DNA of 64,000 bases from Candidatus Marinacidobacterales bacterium (lineage in GTDB: Bacteria > Acidobacteriota > Vicinamibacteria > Marinacidobacterales > DATDRI01), in the NCBI GenBank assembly GCA_965226495.1, contig OZ245365.1:1472001-1536000 (forward strand). The letters run 5' to 3'. Below the pieces are notes generated by a model. It saw only the letters and a list, made by a program, of their open reading frames with translations. It ran no database searches and was not told where the DNA came from. The translations under genes were made by a program, and so were the position numbers. This document shows, piece by piece, positions 28,776-38,058 of this stretch (position 1 is its first letter; every line of letters starts with the position of its first letter).

Positions 28776-31700
28776 ATGCCGCTATCCAAGTTCCATCCTC
28801 TGATTTCCGCTTGGTTCAACGAAAGGTTCGAGGCGGCGACGGAACCCCAACTGCAGGGGTGGCCCGAGATCCGCTCCGGCCAGGATGTGCTGATCTCGGC
28901 ACCGACCGGCTCGGGCAAGACACTGGCAGCGTTTCTCCTTTGCTTGGATGGGCTAGTTCGCTCGGCGAAGGATGGGACGTTAGAGGACCGTACTTACGCG
29001 CTCTACGTGTCGCCGCTCAAAGCACTGAGCAACGACATCCACAAGAACCTCGAGCGGCCCCTGGCGGAGATTTCAGCCCTGGCGGCGAGCCGCGGTGAGG
29101 TCATGACACCGATACGCGCAGCTGTCCGGACCGGGGACACACCGGCCTGGGAGCGCCAGAGAATGCTGCGCAAGCCTCCGCATATTCTTGTCACCACGCC
29201 GGAGTCACTCTTCATTCTGCTTACCGCAGAGAAGAGTCGTCAGATTCTTCGTCGGGTAGGGACGATCATTGTTGACGAGATCCACGCCGTCGCCGACGAC
29301 AAACGGGGATCGCATCTGGCTTTGTCTCTGGCACGGCTCGAGGATTTGGTCGTCAAGAACGGTGGCTCTAGACCTCAACGGGTCGGGCTTTCGGCGACGG
29401 TCAAGCCGATCGAAGAAGTCGCTGGATTCTTGAGCGACAAGGTCACCATCGTCGACATCGGATACCGTCGTGAGATGGATCTTGCGGTCGCGGTGCCCGA
29501 GGATGAGCTCGGCGTCGTCGCCACTAACGAGATGTGGGGTGAGATCTACGATCGACTGGCTCAGCTGATCGAGGCCCATCGCACGACGCTCATCTTCGTC
29601 AACACCCGACGTTTGTCGGAGAGAATTTCCCATCACCTGACCGAACGCCTGGGCGGAGAAGCGGTGATGGCGCACCACGGGAGCCTTTCGCGAACCCTAC
29701 GCTTGAAAGCCGAAGAGAAACTGAAGGAAGGCAAGCTCCGCGCGGTTGTAGCGACGGCGTCTCTCGAGCTCGGTATCGACATCGGTTCGGTCGACCTCGT
29801 TTGTCAGATTGGCTCTCCCCGCGCAATCGGAGTTGCGCTGCAGAGGGTTGGACGCTCCGGGCACTGGATGGGGGCGACGCCCAAGGGACGCTTGTTTGCG
29901 ACGACGCGGGACGAGCTCTTAGAGTGTGCGGCCTTGATTCGTGCGATTCGCTCCGGGGAGCTCGACCGTCTCGAGATCCCGGACGCGCCCTTGGACGTCA
30001 TGGCGCAACAGATCGTCGCCGCCGCGGCATGCGAGGACTGGTCGGAAGAAGATTTGTTCCAACTCCTCCGCGGAACCTATTCCTACCGGAATCTCGACCG
30101 TGCCGACTACGACGCGGTACTCGAGATGCTCTCTGAGGGAATCGCAACCAAGCGCGGACGGGGAAGGGCCTATCTCCATCGTGATCGGGTCAACCATCGA
30201 CTTCGGGGTCGACGCGGCGCTCGATTGGCCGCCATCACCTCGGGGGGCGCGATTCCCGACAACGCCAACTATCTCGTCGTTGCGGAGCCGGAGGGCAAGG
30301 TCGTCGGCACACTGGATGAAGATTTCGCGGTCGAGAGTATCTCCGGCGACATCTTCTTGCTCGGCGCGAGTTCCTGGCGCATCCGCCGCGTCGAAACGGG
30401 TCGAGTGCGTGTCGAAGATGCGCACGGCGCCGCCCCGACGATTCCTTTTTGGAGAGGCGAAGCGCCCGGCCGCACAGTCGAGCTCTCTCAGGAGATTTCG
30501 AGCATTCGGGAGGAGATCGCGAGCCGCTCCGATCGCGGACGGGACGAGGCGCTCGCTTTTCTAAAGGACGAATGCGGCTTGGATCGGCGGGGAGCGGAGC
30601 AGGCGATCGATTACGTGAGGGCCGGCCGGACCGCACTCGGTGCGCTGCCGAGCCACGACACAGTAGTGGCGGAGCGATTTTTCGACGAGGCGGGCGGCAT
30701 GCAGCTGGTGCTCCACGCGCCGTTCGGATCCCGCATCAACCGCGCCTGGGGGCTGGCGCTTCGGAAGCGTTTCTGTCGTTCCTTCAATTTCGAGCTCCAG
30801 GCCGCGGCGACCGATAACGGCATCGTGATCTCCCTCGGGGAGCAGCACGCATTTCCTCTCGAGATCATCTTTGGATTTCTGAATACCAACACCGTCGAGC
30901 ACGTTCTCACGCAGGCGCTCTTGCCGACACCGATGTTCACTGCTCGCTGGAGGTGGAACGTTTCGCGGGCCCTGGCGGTGCTTCGTTTTTCTGGCGGCAA
31001 GAAAGTCTTTCCGGCCCTTCAAAGGATGAGGTCGGACGACTTGCTGGCGGCGGTGTTTCCCGATCAAGCGGCCTGCGCCGAGAATCTCGCCGGCGAGATC
31101 GACGTTCCGGACCACCCCTTGGTCAAGGAAACGATCGGCGATTGTCTTCACGAGGCCATGGATCTCACCCGCTTGACGGAGTTGCTTGAAGCGATTTCGG
31201 CAGGTGAGGTTAAGACGGTTGCCATCGATACCGCGGAGCCGTCGCCTTTTTCGCACGAAATCTTGAATGCGAATCCTTACGCGTTTCTCGATGACGCGCC
31301 TCTCGAAGAGCGGCGAGCCCGCGCGGTTCAATTGCGTCGGACGCTTCCGGGTGAGCTCGTGGAGGAGGCGGGTGCCTTGGATCCCGCCGCCATTTCGCAA
31401 GTGCAATCGGAATCGTGGCCGGTGGTGCGTGATGCCGACGAGCTTCACGATGCCATGCTCACGCTCGCGATCGCAGAACCCAACGCCGAGTGGGAGCCTT
31501 TCTTGGGCGAGCTCGAGACTGATCGTCGCGCGACCAAGTTGGAACTGGACCAGACGACATTTTGGGTCGCGGCAGAACGAATGGATCTGGTGAAGGCAGC
31601 TTATCCGCAAGCGGCCTTCTCGCCGGCCATCGACTCGGTACCTCCAGTCGGTGGTGTGCCCGAGAGTCGGGAGGCGGCGGTTGCGGAGGTTCTTAGAGGT

Positions 31701-33044
31701 TGGCTGGAGTCCACCGGCCCGCAGACCGCTACAGGATTAGGCGAACGGCTCGCCATACCGAAGGAGCTCGTCGATGTAGGGCTCTTGCGGCTCGAGGGAG
31801 AGGGACAGGTTCTTCGCGGGAGCTTCACACGTCGTACGACGCCCGATCGAGAGATGGAGTGGTGCAATCGACGGCTCTTGGCTCGCATCCACCGTCTCAC
31901 ATTGGGGCGCCTGCGAAAGGAGATCGAGCCGGTCACGACGCAGGACTTCATGCGTTTCCTTTTGCGGTGGCAGCATGTGAGCTCGCGGAATCGCTTACAC
32001 GGCGTCGACGGAACGTTCGAGATCATCCGCCAGCTACAGGGTTACGAGCTTTCAGCGGCGGCTTGGGAGTCTCGTATTCTTTCCGCTCGGCTGGGCCGAT
32101 ACGAATCGGATCTCTTGGATCGGCTCTGCCTTTCCGGAGAAGTCATGTGGGGAAGATTATCGCGGCATCCCGCTTTCAGCGCATCCGGTGACACTAACGG
32201 CGGCAACGGCCGGCGGGTTCGACCGACTCGCGTCGCTCCGCTCTCGATCTTCCTCCGCGAAGACGCGGAGTGGTTGCTAGGCGTTGCGAAAGCCGCCGGT
32301 CCCGGTGAGCTGGAAACAGCGGCGCTATCGCATCCCGCGCGCGAGGTGTTGGGCGAGTTGGAACGCCGCGGAGCCTCTTTTTTCGAGGAGCTGAGGCGGG
32401 GAACGGGTCGTTTGGCGAGCGAAGTGGAAGATTCGTTATGGGAGCTTCTGGCGGCAGGTTTGGTATCGGCGGACGGTTTCGAGAACCTCCGTTCCCTTGT
32501 CGACGCTAAGCGGCGGCGAGGCGAAGGCCGTGGTCGATTGGGCCGCCCCCGTCACGCCGCCGGACGGTGGGCGCTATTGCGAGCCATCCCCAGAGTAGGG
32601 GACGTCGAGGAAACAGTCGCCGCCGATCCTGTCGAACGTTTCGCTAGGCAATTGTTGCGGCGTTGGGGAGTTGTTTTTCGAGATCTATTGGCCCGCGAGA
32701 CCCTAGCTCCCGCATGGCGAGATTTGCTGGTCGTTTTCCGTCGTCTCGAGGCGAGAGGGGAGATCCGAGGTGGTCGCTTCGTGAGTGGCTTCCTGGGGGA
32801 GCAGTTCGCGCTTCCGGAGTCCCTCGAGCTCCTACGGTCGGTGCGTAAGTCCAGCAAGGACGGCGAAGAGATTCGGCTCGCCGCCGCCGACCCTCTCAAT
32901 CTTCTCGGTATCGTCCTGCCCGGTTCTCGACTGAGTGCGTTATCGGGCGAGGACCTCCGGCTTCGCGACGGTGTACCGTTCGAGCCCTCCGAGGCTACCG
33001 CGCACCCGACTGCTTTTGTGAGCACCAGCCGTGTTTCCATTTGA
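28776..33044 (+). CDS. lhr: Lhr-family ATP-dependent helicase, full length
   Basis: APTGSGKT, TTPESL, DEIH, GLSAT, HHGSLS, QRVGRSGH; extended C-terminus with EIRGGRFVSGFLGEQFALP. Confidence 0.93.
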   Translation: MPLSKFHPLISAWFNERFEAATEPQLQGWPEIRSGQDVLISAPTGSGKTLAAFLLCLDGLVRSAKDGTLEDRTYALYVSPLKALSNDIHKNLERPLAEISALAASRGEVMTPIRAAVRTGDTPAWERQRMLRKPPHILVTTPESLFILLTAEKSRQILRRVGTIIVDEIHAVADDKRGSHLALSLARLEDLVVKNGGSRPQRVGLSATVKPIEEVAGFLSDKVTIVDIGYRREMDLAVAVPEDELGVVATNEMWGEIYDRLAQLIEAHRTTLIFVNTRRLSERISHHLTERLGGEAVMAHHGSLSRTLRLKAEEKLKEGKLRAVVATASLELGIDIGSVDLVCQIGSPRAIGVALQRVGRSGHWMGATPKGRLFATTRDELLECAALIRAIRSGELDRLEIPDAPLDVMAQQIVAAAACEDWSEEDLFQLLRGTYSYRNLDRADYDAVLEMLSEGIATKRGRGRAYLHRDRVNHRLRGRRGARLAAITSGGAIPDNANYLVVAEPEGKVVGTLDEDFAVESISGDIFLLGASSWRIRRVETGRVRVEDAHGAAPTIPFWRGEAPGRTVELSQEISSIREEIASRSDRGRDEALAFLKDECGLDRRGAEQAIDYVRAGRTALGALPSHDTVVAERFFDEAGGMQLVLHAPFGSRINRAWGLALRKRFCRSFNFELQAAATDNGIVISLGEQHAFPLEIIFGFLNTNTVEHVLTQALLPTPMFTARWRWNVSRALAVLRFSGGKKVFPALQRMRSDDLLAAVFPDQAACAENLAGEIDVPDHPLVKETIGDCLHEAMDLTRLTELLEAISAGEVKTVAIDTAEPSPFSHEILNANPYAFLDDAPLEERRARAVQLRRTLPGELVEEAGALDPAAISQVQSESWPVVRDADELHDAMLTLAIAEPNAEWEPFLGELETDRRATKLELDQTTFWVAAERMDLVKAAYPQAAFSPAIDSVPPVGGVPESREAAVAEVLRGWLESTGPQTATGLGERLAIPKELVDVGLLRLEGEGQVLRGSFTRRTTPDREMEWCNRRLLARIHRLTLGRLRKEIEPVTTQDFMRFLLRWQHVSSRNRLHGVDGTFEIIRQLQGYELSAAAWESRILSARLGRYESDLLDRLCLSGEVMWGRLSRHPAFSASGDTNGGNGRRVRPTRVAPLSIFLREDAEWLLGVAKAAGPGELETAALSHPAREVLGELERRGASFFEELRRGTGRLASEVEDSLWELLAAGLVSADGFENLRSLVDAKRRRGEGRGRLGRPRHAAGRWALLRAIPRVGDVEETVAADPVERFARQLLRRWGVVFRDLLARETLAPAWRDLLVVFRRLEARGEIRGGRFVSGFLGEQFALPESLELLRSVRKSSKDGEEIRLAAADPLNLLGIVLPGSRLSALSGEDLRLRDGVPFEPSEATAHPTAFVSTSRVSI

Positions 33045-33205
33045 AATCTGTCGGTAGCGCCACGGCATATTGGTCCGATCTCTTTGCTGTGCTACAATTG
33101 AGCCATCCTTCAACAAAGAATTTTCTCAACGATCGGCTTGGCCACAAATGCCGTTGGCAAAACCTTCGATAGAACATTTCTAGAAACCACGATGGAGGTG
33201 GGTGA

Positions 33206-33715
33206 ATGAAACGAGTCATGAATTGGTCGCTGGCGCTGGCTGCGATCGCAGGGTTGATGGTTGCAGCGAACGCCCATGCGCAGCGGAAAGGGCGCCAGGA
33301 AGACTACCAGAAGAAACTGCAAAGTAAGTTGGACTCCATGCTTGGGGAGAACATGACCGCGTATGCCGCACAGCTAAGCGAGGAGGGCGGGAAGCTCAAG
33401 AAGAAGGATCGGTGGAAGTGCGAAGTGAGAATGACCGACTCCGCCGACTACCCGGACAAGGCGGACGCCGAGATCAGCCTGACCATGCCTGTCGACGAAT
33501 TCAAAGAGTTCGCCCCGATTGCGGTTCTGGAGGCGGTCGCCGTTCCGCACAATTTCCCGGCCGGGAAGATCTACGTTCGGGAGACCGGAAGCCGGCGTGT
33601 CGGCTCCATCGACTTTCGGGCCGCTGACCCCATCGGTAACAAATACGGGACGGGTAAGCCGAACGCAATGGAGAAGGCTATCGCCGAGATGAACACGGCC
33701 CTCAAGTGGCATTAG
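33206..33715 (+). CDS. Secreted hypothetical protein
   Basis: SD GGAGGTG, signal peptide ending AHA. Confidence 0.7.
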   Translation: MKRVMNWSLALAAIAGLMVAANAHAQRKGRQEDYQKKLQSKLDSMLGENMTAYAAQLSEEGGKLKKKDRWKCEVRMTDSADYPDKADAEISLTMPVDEFKEFAPIAVLEAVAVPHNFPAGKIYVRETGSRRVGSIDFRAADPIGNKYGTGKPNAMEKAIAEMNTALKWH

Positions 33716-33751
33716 GTCGATAGCTCGAACGCAAGACCAGGGACCGGCTGG

Positions 33752-34244
33752 CTACCTTCCTCTTCGGAGGTAGCGGCCGGTCCCATTTGTTTTTTTGTGA
33801 CCTACTCCCTCGGCCCTCCACTTTTCCAGGAGCGCAATCCACAAACGACCCGTTTCGTCGGTGTAGATCAACTGTCCGTCGGAGTAGACCTTAGCGAGGT
33901 CCTCCAGGCGGTGAGCAGTCGCCCACTCAATGACGGGTTGTAGCGCTATGTTGACCGATCGCATGAAGTCCGTCGACCGCGACGTCCCAACCGACCATAG
34001 CGCGAAACGCCTCGCGGTCGCCGCTGTAGCTTGCGTGTTGGTCGCGGATGACGAAGTCCTCGGCCAAGTGCGACATGGCTGCCTCAACATCATGGCTTTG
34101 AAGGGCGCGGGCAAAGGAGTCGAAGACGGCGCGGGTGTCCGAGGAAAGCGTGATGCCGGCAGCGAGCACAACTAAGCCGGCGATGGAGTACATGGTCTCG
34201 ACTCCCGAATCCAGCTCGAACATCCAGGTCTCCTTTCGATTCAC
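33752..34244 (-). pseudogene. SnoaL/NTF2-like protein, apparently split
   Basis: FARALQSHDVEAAMSHLAEDFV in one frame; C-terminal segment (VIEWATAHRLEDLAKVY..) in another. Confidence 0.5.
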
Positions 34245-34909
34245 GAAGAAGTATTCTTGAGCTCAACGCCCAAATAGGCTAGGTAGGCTCGGCTGAGCTC
34301 GTCGATGAGTTGTTTGTCTGTTCGCTTCATCGGATTCCAGCCGGTCTGGCCGAGAAGAATCCAGTCGTGCAATGTCGCGAGAACGAGCTGGAAGCCGAAC
34401 TCCGTAGCTAGTACCGGATCGGGATGGGTTATGGCAGCCCGGAAGCATAGAAGTAGGTCCCGAACTTTCTCGAACACATAGGCGTTGAGCTCCGCGGTGC
34501 GCTTCGTCGTCGTTGCTTCGGGATGCGTACAGGCATGAAGTCCCAGGGCACGGAGGCGTTGCCCGTACTTGCGATGTCCACGCACCATGACGCGAACGAC
34601 CTCCCGTACAACGTCCTCCACGTGGGCACCTTCCCATCGGGCGGGGGAGAGTAGCTCGTCCCATTTCTGCCTACCCTCCTTCCAGATGCGCTCATCGAGG
34701 CACTGAAGTAGTGATTCCTTGCTGCGAAAGCGTGCATAGAAGGAGCCGACCGAAACGTCGGCCCGCGAGACGATCTCGGAGATGGAGATGCCATCGAGGC
34801 CTCTCTCGCAGATGAGCGCCTCGGCGGCGCTCACGATCCGGTCCAGAGTGTGTTGACTCCGTTCCTGTAAAGCTGGGTTGACTCCGTATGTCATTGAATC
34901 GGTTGCCAT
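34241..34909 (-). CDS. TetR/AcrR transcriptional regulator
   Basis: QERSQHTLDRIV..ISEIVSRADVSVGSFYARFRSKE. Confidence 0.92.
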   Translation of the reverse strand: MATDSMTYGVNPALQERSQHTLDRIVSAAEALICERGLDGISISEIVSRADVSVGSFYARFRSKESLLQCLDERIWKEGRQKWDELLSPARWEGAHVEDVVREVVRVMVRGHRKYGQRLRALGLHACTHPEATTTKRTAELNAYVFEKVRDLLLCFRAAITHPDPVLATEFGFQLVLATLHDWILLGQTGWNPMKRTDKQLIDELSRAYLAYLGVELKNTSS

Positions 34910-34920
34910 TACTTTCTAAT

Positions 34921-34967
34921 CTAGAATTAGAATATTAATTCTAGTTCTATGGCGGGGGTTGTGTCAA
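34921..34967 (-). promoter_or_regulatory. TetR promoter with palindromic operator
   Basis: CTAGAATTA-6-TAATTCTAG (34921-34944) overlapping -10 TAGAAT; -35 TTGACA 18 bp upstream on minus strand. Confidence 0.75.
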
Positions 34968-35028
34968 GTGTCCTATCGGCGCGCTCAGGTTGGTTGCTTT
35001 GGGCTTCTGAGCCTGTTAGCCTCGATTC

Positions 35029-35385
35029 ATGCGATGGTTATGGCTGCTTTCAGCGATGGTTGTTTTTGCGATCTCCTGTGGGGTTGCCGGCAAGAAGGCG
35101 CCTCCTGAGGAGACGGTGCTATCACTTCTTCGCGATGAGGCCCAGAAGCTGAAGATAGAAGGAGAGAACCTGGACCCATCGTACGGGGTCACGGCCAACT
35201 GGGAGATCGAGGACGTTCAAGTTCGCAAGCTGAACAAGGACGAATCCCAGCCATGGGGTGGCACCGTCCGGTTCAAGATCACGTCGCGGTTCCGGGAGCC
35301 GGACGGAATGACTTCACAAGAGGAATTCGTGAAGAACTTCGAATACGGTTGGGACATGGTGCTCGAGGGCTGGACGGTTCGCTAG
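35029..35385 (+). CDS. Hypothetical lipoprotein
   Basis: Lipobox AISC; promoter TTGCTT-17-TAGCCT 6 nt before ATG. Confidence 0.7.
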   Translation: MRWLWLLSAMVVFAISCGVAGKKAPPEETVLSLLRDEAQKLKIEGENLDPSYGVTANWEIEDVQVRKLNKDESQPWGGTVRFKITSRFREPDGMTSQEEFVKNFEYGWDMVLEGWTVR

Positions 35386-35445
35386 AGGCGCCCGACCGGC
35401 TGGTTGGGCAGCAGGGCGTCCAAAATACGCGGGGAGACGTGGAAG

Positions 35446-35709
35446 ATGACCGATAAAAGGAACTGCGTCTACAACGCGAGCGGGGAGGCTCAAGCGCAGC
35501 AGATCCGTGCCTTCTTGGAGGCCAATGAGATCCCATGCTCGTTTCAGGGTGAAGCGCTGCGGAAGACTCACGGCTTCACCGTGGACGGTCTAGGCATGGT
35601 GGAAATCCACGTGCCCGAGGCGTTCGTGGAGCAGGCACGCGAGCTTCTGGCCGTCGCGGAGTCGGGCGAGCTGAGTCTTGCGGAAGACGAAGACGTCGAC
35701 GAAGCTTGA
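35446..35709 (+). CDS. DUF2007-like small protein
   Basis: AQQIRAFLEANEIPC..GMVEIHVPE..EQARELL. Confidence 0.75.
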   Translation: MTDKRNCVYNASGEAQAQQIRAFLEANEIPCSFQGEALRKTHGFTVDGLGMVEIHVPEAFVEQARELLAVAESGELSLAEDEDVDEA

Positions 35710-35880
35710 AAACCCAGTGTGCAGCGTCCGATGCGTCGCCGACTGCCCCTGTTCGGGAAGAGGGCGCCTGCCGACATCGATAATGGTAACGCGACGTTTC
35801 GGCGTCGGCCAGGTCTAAGGCGCGCCCGCTTGGGTCGAAAGGGGGGCGCTCACCTGAACTCTAAGGGCATTCTGTCTGAC

Positions 35881-36273
35881 CTAGGCGATGCCCCGGCGGG
35901 GGCTAAGGTCAGTTTTGGCTGCCGCTTTGGTCGTAGTTTTGGCTGCCGCTTTGGTCGTAGTTTTGGCTGCCGCTTTGGTCGTAGTTTTGGCTGCCGCTTT
36001 GGTCGTAGTTTTGGCTGCCGCTTTGGTCGTAGTTTTGGCTGCCGCCTTGGTCGTAGTTTTCGATGTCGTGCTTGTCGCAGCCTTCTTGCGACCTCCCCTT
36101 CGGCGTTTCGGAGGGGGCTCGTCGCTAGACGCGAGGCTGACGATGTCGGTAACGAATTTTTTCTTCCCGTGCTCGTCAAACTCGATCGTTGTGTATTGTG
36201 GGTCGACCTCGGTGATGACACCCAGGCCGTATTTCTGGTGGTTCACTCTCGACGTAACTGGCATCGATTTCAT
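35881..36273 (-). CDS. Small basic protein: Tudor/SH3-like N-domain plus histone-H1-like KTTTKAAA tail
   Basis: RVNHQKYGLGVITEV..TIEFDEHGKKKF followed by Lys/Ala/Thr repeats. Confidence 0.75.
   Translation of the reverse strand: MKSMPVTSRVNHQKYGLGVITEVDPQYTTIEFDEHGKKKFVTDIVSLASSDEPPPKRRRGGRKKAATSTTSKTTTKAAAKTTTKAAAKTTTKAAAKTTTKAAAKTTTKAAAKTTTKAAAKTDLSPRRGIA
35911..36060. repeat. 24-bp coding tandem repeat x6 (AGTTTTGGCTGCCGCTTTGGTCGT)
   Basis: Five identical units plus one with a single substitution. Confidence 0.95.
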
Positions 36274-36397
36274 TGGGCTCTTTCTGAATAGGCGGACAGT
36301 AACGCAATATTCTATCCGCTTTGGCGGTCAATAGCAAGTCGTGTATTCGGTGCGTCTTACGGGGAGACTTTGCACCATATCCGCGTTAGGCTTCGGA

Positions 36398-37693
36398 TTA
36401 TCGTGTCGGGAAGTCGGTCGAGACTCCGAAGCCAAAGACGAGCCGATTCTTGGTAAACAGGAAGAAGTTCGACTGGCGATCCAGATAGTCGGCCGACACG
36501 TACGCCCTCCAGAATCCTCCAATACTATGGTTGATGCTCAGGGAGTAGATATCGAACCGATCCTCGATGGCTTGCTCGACCAGCTCTCCTTCGTTGTTGA
36601 TGATCTCCGTGGGCCGCGGATAGTTGTTTCGACCAATGATCACGCCGGGCGTGAAGTAAAAGGAGCGGGTAACCCAAACGTCGACCTCACCTCCGAAGCG
36701 GTGCTCGATGAAGTACCAATTCCCTGCTACCACTGACGGAAAGGTGTCGCGGGAGTAGATCGTCCTGACATCGAACCGCTCACCCATCTGTGTGAGCACA
36801 TCCACGGACCCGACGAGTCCCGAGTACTCGGGTTGTAGCACGAACTTGGGGACCATGTGCTTGTAGCCTATCAGCGCCTGCCCGCTCACGTTGGATTGCG
36901 GCCTGAATTCGAAACCGCCCTCCGCTCGGTAGGCCTGTCCGTCTCGTAGCGATGCGGCCTCATCGAAATCCATGAGCTGATACGACCCCTCGATGACCGC
37001 GGAGGTCTTCGAGCTGAGGTGTCGCGTAAAGCGAAGGGCGTAACTGTGCTCGGTTCGGTTCAGCAGCTCCGTTGAACGGAGCGGACTCGCGAACACGTCT
37101 TGATATTGGAGGCGATTGTGACGGTAGCCCAAAGTCAGTAGATGGCGTGTTCCGAGGGATAGGTCCATCTCTGCCAGGAGCGTGTTTTGTCGACGGTCGG
37201 CAGGAATGTCGAACTCGCTGGAGGGCCTCGTCTTTCCGTTCCGAAACTCGTCGTAAACCCGGAAGAGGATCTTCCTGCCTCCCACTGCGCCTCCCAGGCG
37301 CGTCACGTTGAAAATATCGCGCAAGCCTGCGACCTGGTTGTAGTAGACGAAATTCACTTCCTCATAGACCTCGAGGAGCGCGTGGTTTTTCAATGGAGTC
37401 ACGACGCGGATCCCAGGGGCGATCCTGGCGGCAAAGTCGTCGATCTGTTCGGTTGCGGAGGCCGAGGAGAGGCTGTTCGAGTCGTAGCCGGCCCCGATAC
37501 GGATCTGCGGTCTCATGCGGAAAGGGCCGAGCGTCCAGAGGCTTTCCTCGATCGCCGAGTCGATTTCAGCCTGCGTCAGGTGCTCGCTCTGCGCGAGAAC
37601 CGGCCATGCATTGAGAATGACTAGCAATGCCGCCGCTAGACTGCCAACGAGGATGGGTTTCGTGGTCAATCGTACTTGGCGCACTTGGCGCAT
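36398..37693 (-). CDS. Outer-membrane beta-barrel, BBP2/EpsX-like (polysaccharide export associated)
   Basis: Signal peptide (VLA-Q), IGAGYDSN first strand, many amphipathic strands, G-x-A-x-x-G-Y motif. Confidence 0.7.
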   Translation of the reverse strand: MRQVRQVRLTTKPILVGSLAAALLVILNAWPVLAQSEHLTQAEIDSAIEESLWTLGPFRMRPQIRIGAGYDSNSLSSASATEQIDDFAARIAPGIRVVTPLKNHALLEVYEEVNFVYYNQVAGLRDIFNVTRLGGAVGGRKILFRVYDEFRNGKTRPSSEFDIPADRRQNTLLAEMDLSLGTRHLLTLGYRHNRLQYQDVFASPLRSTELLNRTEHSYALRFTRHLSSKTSAVIEGSYQLMDFDEAASLRDGQAYRAEGGFEFRPQSNVSGQALIGYKHMVPKFVLQPEYSGLVGSVDVLTQMGERFDVRTIYSRDTFPSVVAGNWYFIEHRFGGEVDVWVTRSFYFTPGVIIGRNNYPRPTEIINNEGELVEQAIEDRFDIYSLSINHSIGGFWRAYVSADYLDRQSNFFLFTKNRLVFGFGVSTDFPTR

Positions 37694-37872
37694 TTGGTCA
37701 CCCGCGTGGAAGATAGGAACGTCCGGGTCAAGAGAGATCCCGAGGGCTCCCGCTTCGTTGAGTTTTTGTTCTGACTGGGAAAAGGAACTTCTAAAATTGT
37801 GCCATGGGTGTCGGGAAAAGGCAACACGAGGCAACTGTCACACCGCCCGAGCCATGGGGGCCCGGGTGGACA

Positions 37873-37958
37873 TTGACTTACTCGAACTCATTGAATATAT
37901 TGAGCGATTGCAGGAGCGGCCCAACACCAAAGAATGGGGTGCGGGCCGCTTTCCTGCG
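37873..37958 (+). promoter_or_regulatory. Sigma70 promoter and strong leader hairpin upstream of sat-cysC
   Basis: TTGACT-17-TATATT; GCAGGAGCGGCCC..GGGCCGCTTTCCTGC. Confidence 0.5.
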
Positions 37959-38058
37959 TAGGAAGAGGTGGCGCGGAGCCGCCCGGAGGAGCCCAGGCGG
38001 CGTCTCTAGCCGACTGTCGGCCCATCCCACCAACTATTTCACTATCGAGGAGATTTTC

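Noticed and set aside
30561-31610. Long overlapping ORFs (also 14581-15411, 5820-6782, 9039-10010, 42746-43564, 50302-51030)
   Set aside because: Shadow frames of well-supported genes in GC-rich DNA, no motifs
35911-36060. 24-bp repeats as a CRISPR array
   Set aside because: Head-to-tail with no spacers, in frame within a CDS, no cas genes
37804-38058. N-terminal ORF extensions (sat-cysC; also 3141, 11399, 13594, 46784)
   Set aside because: Extensions lack family similarity and overlap promoters or neighbours; downstream starts fit better
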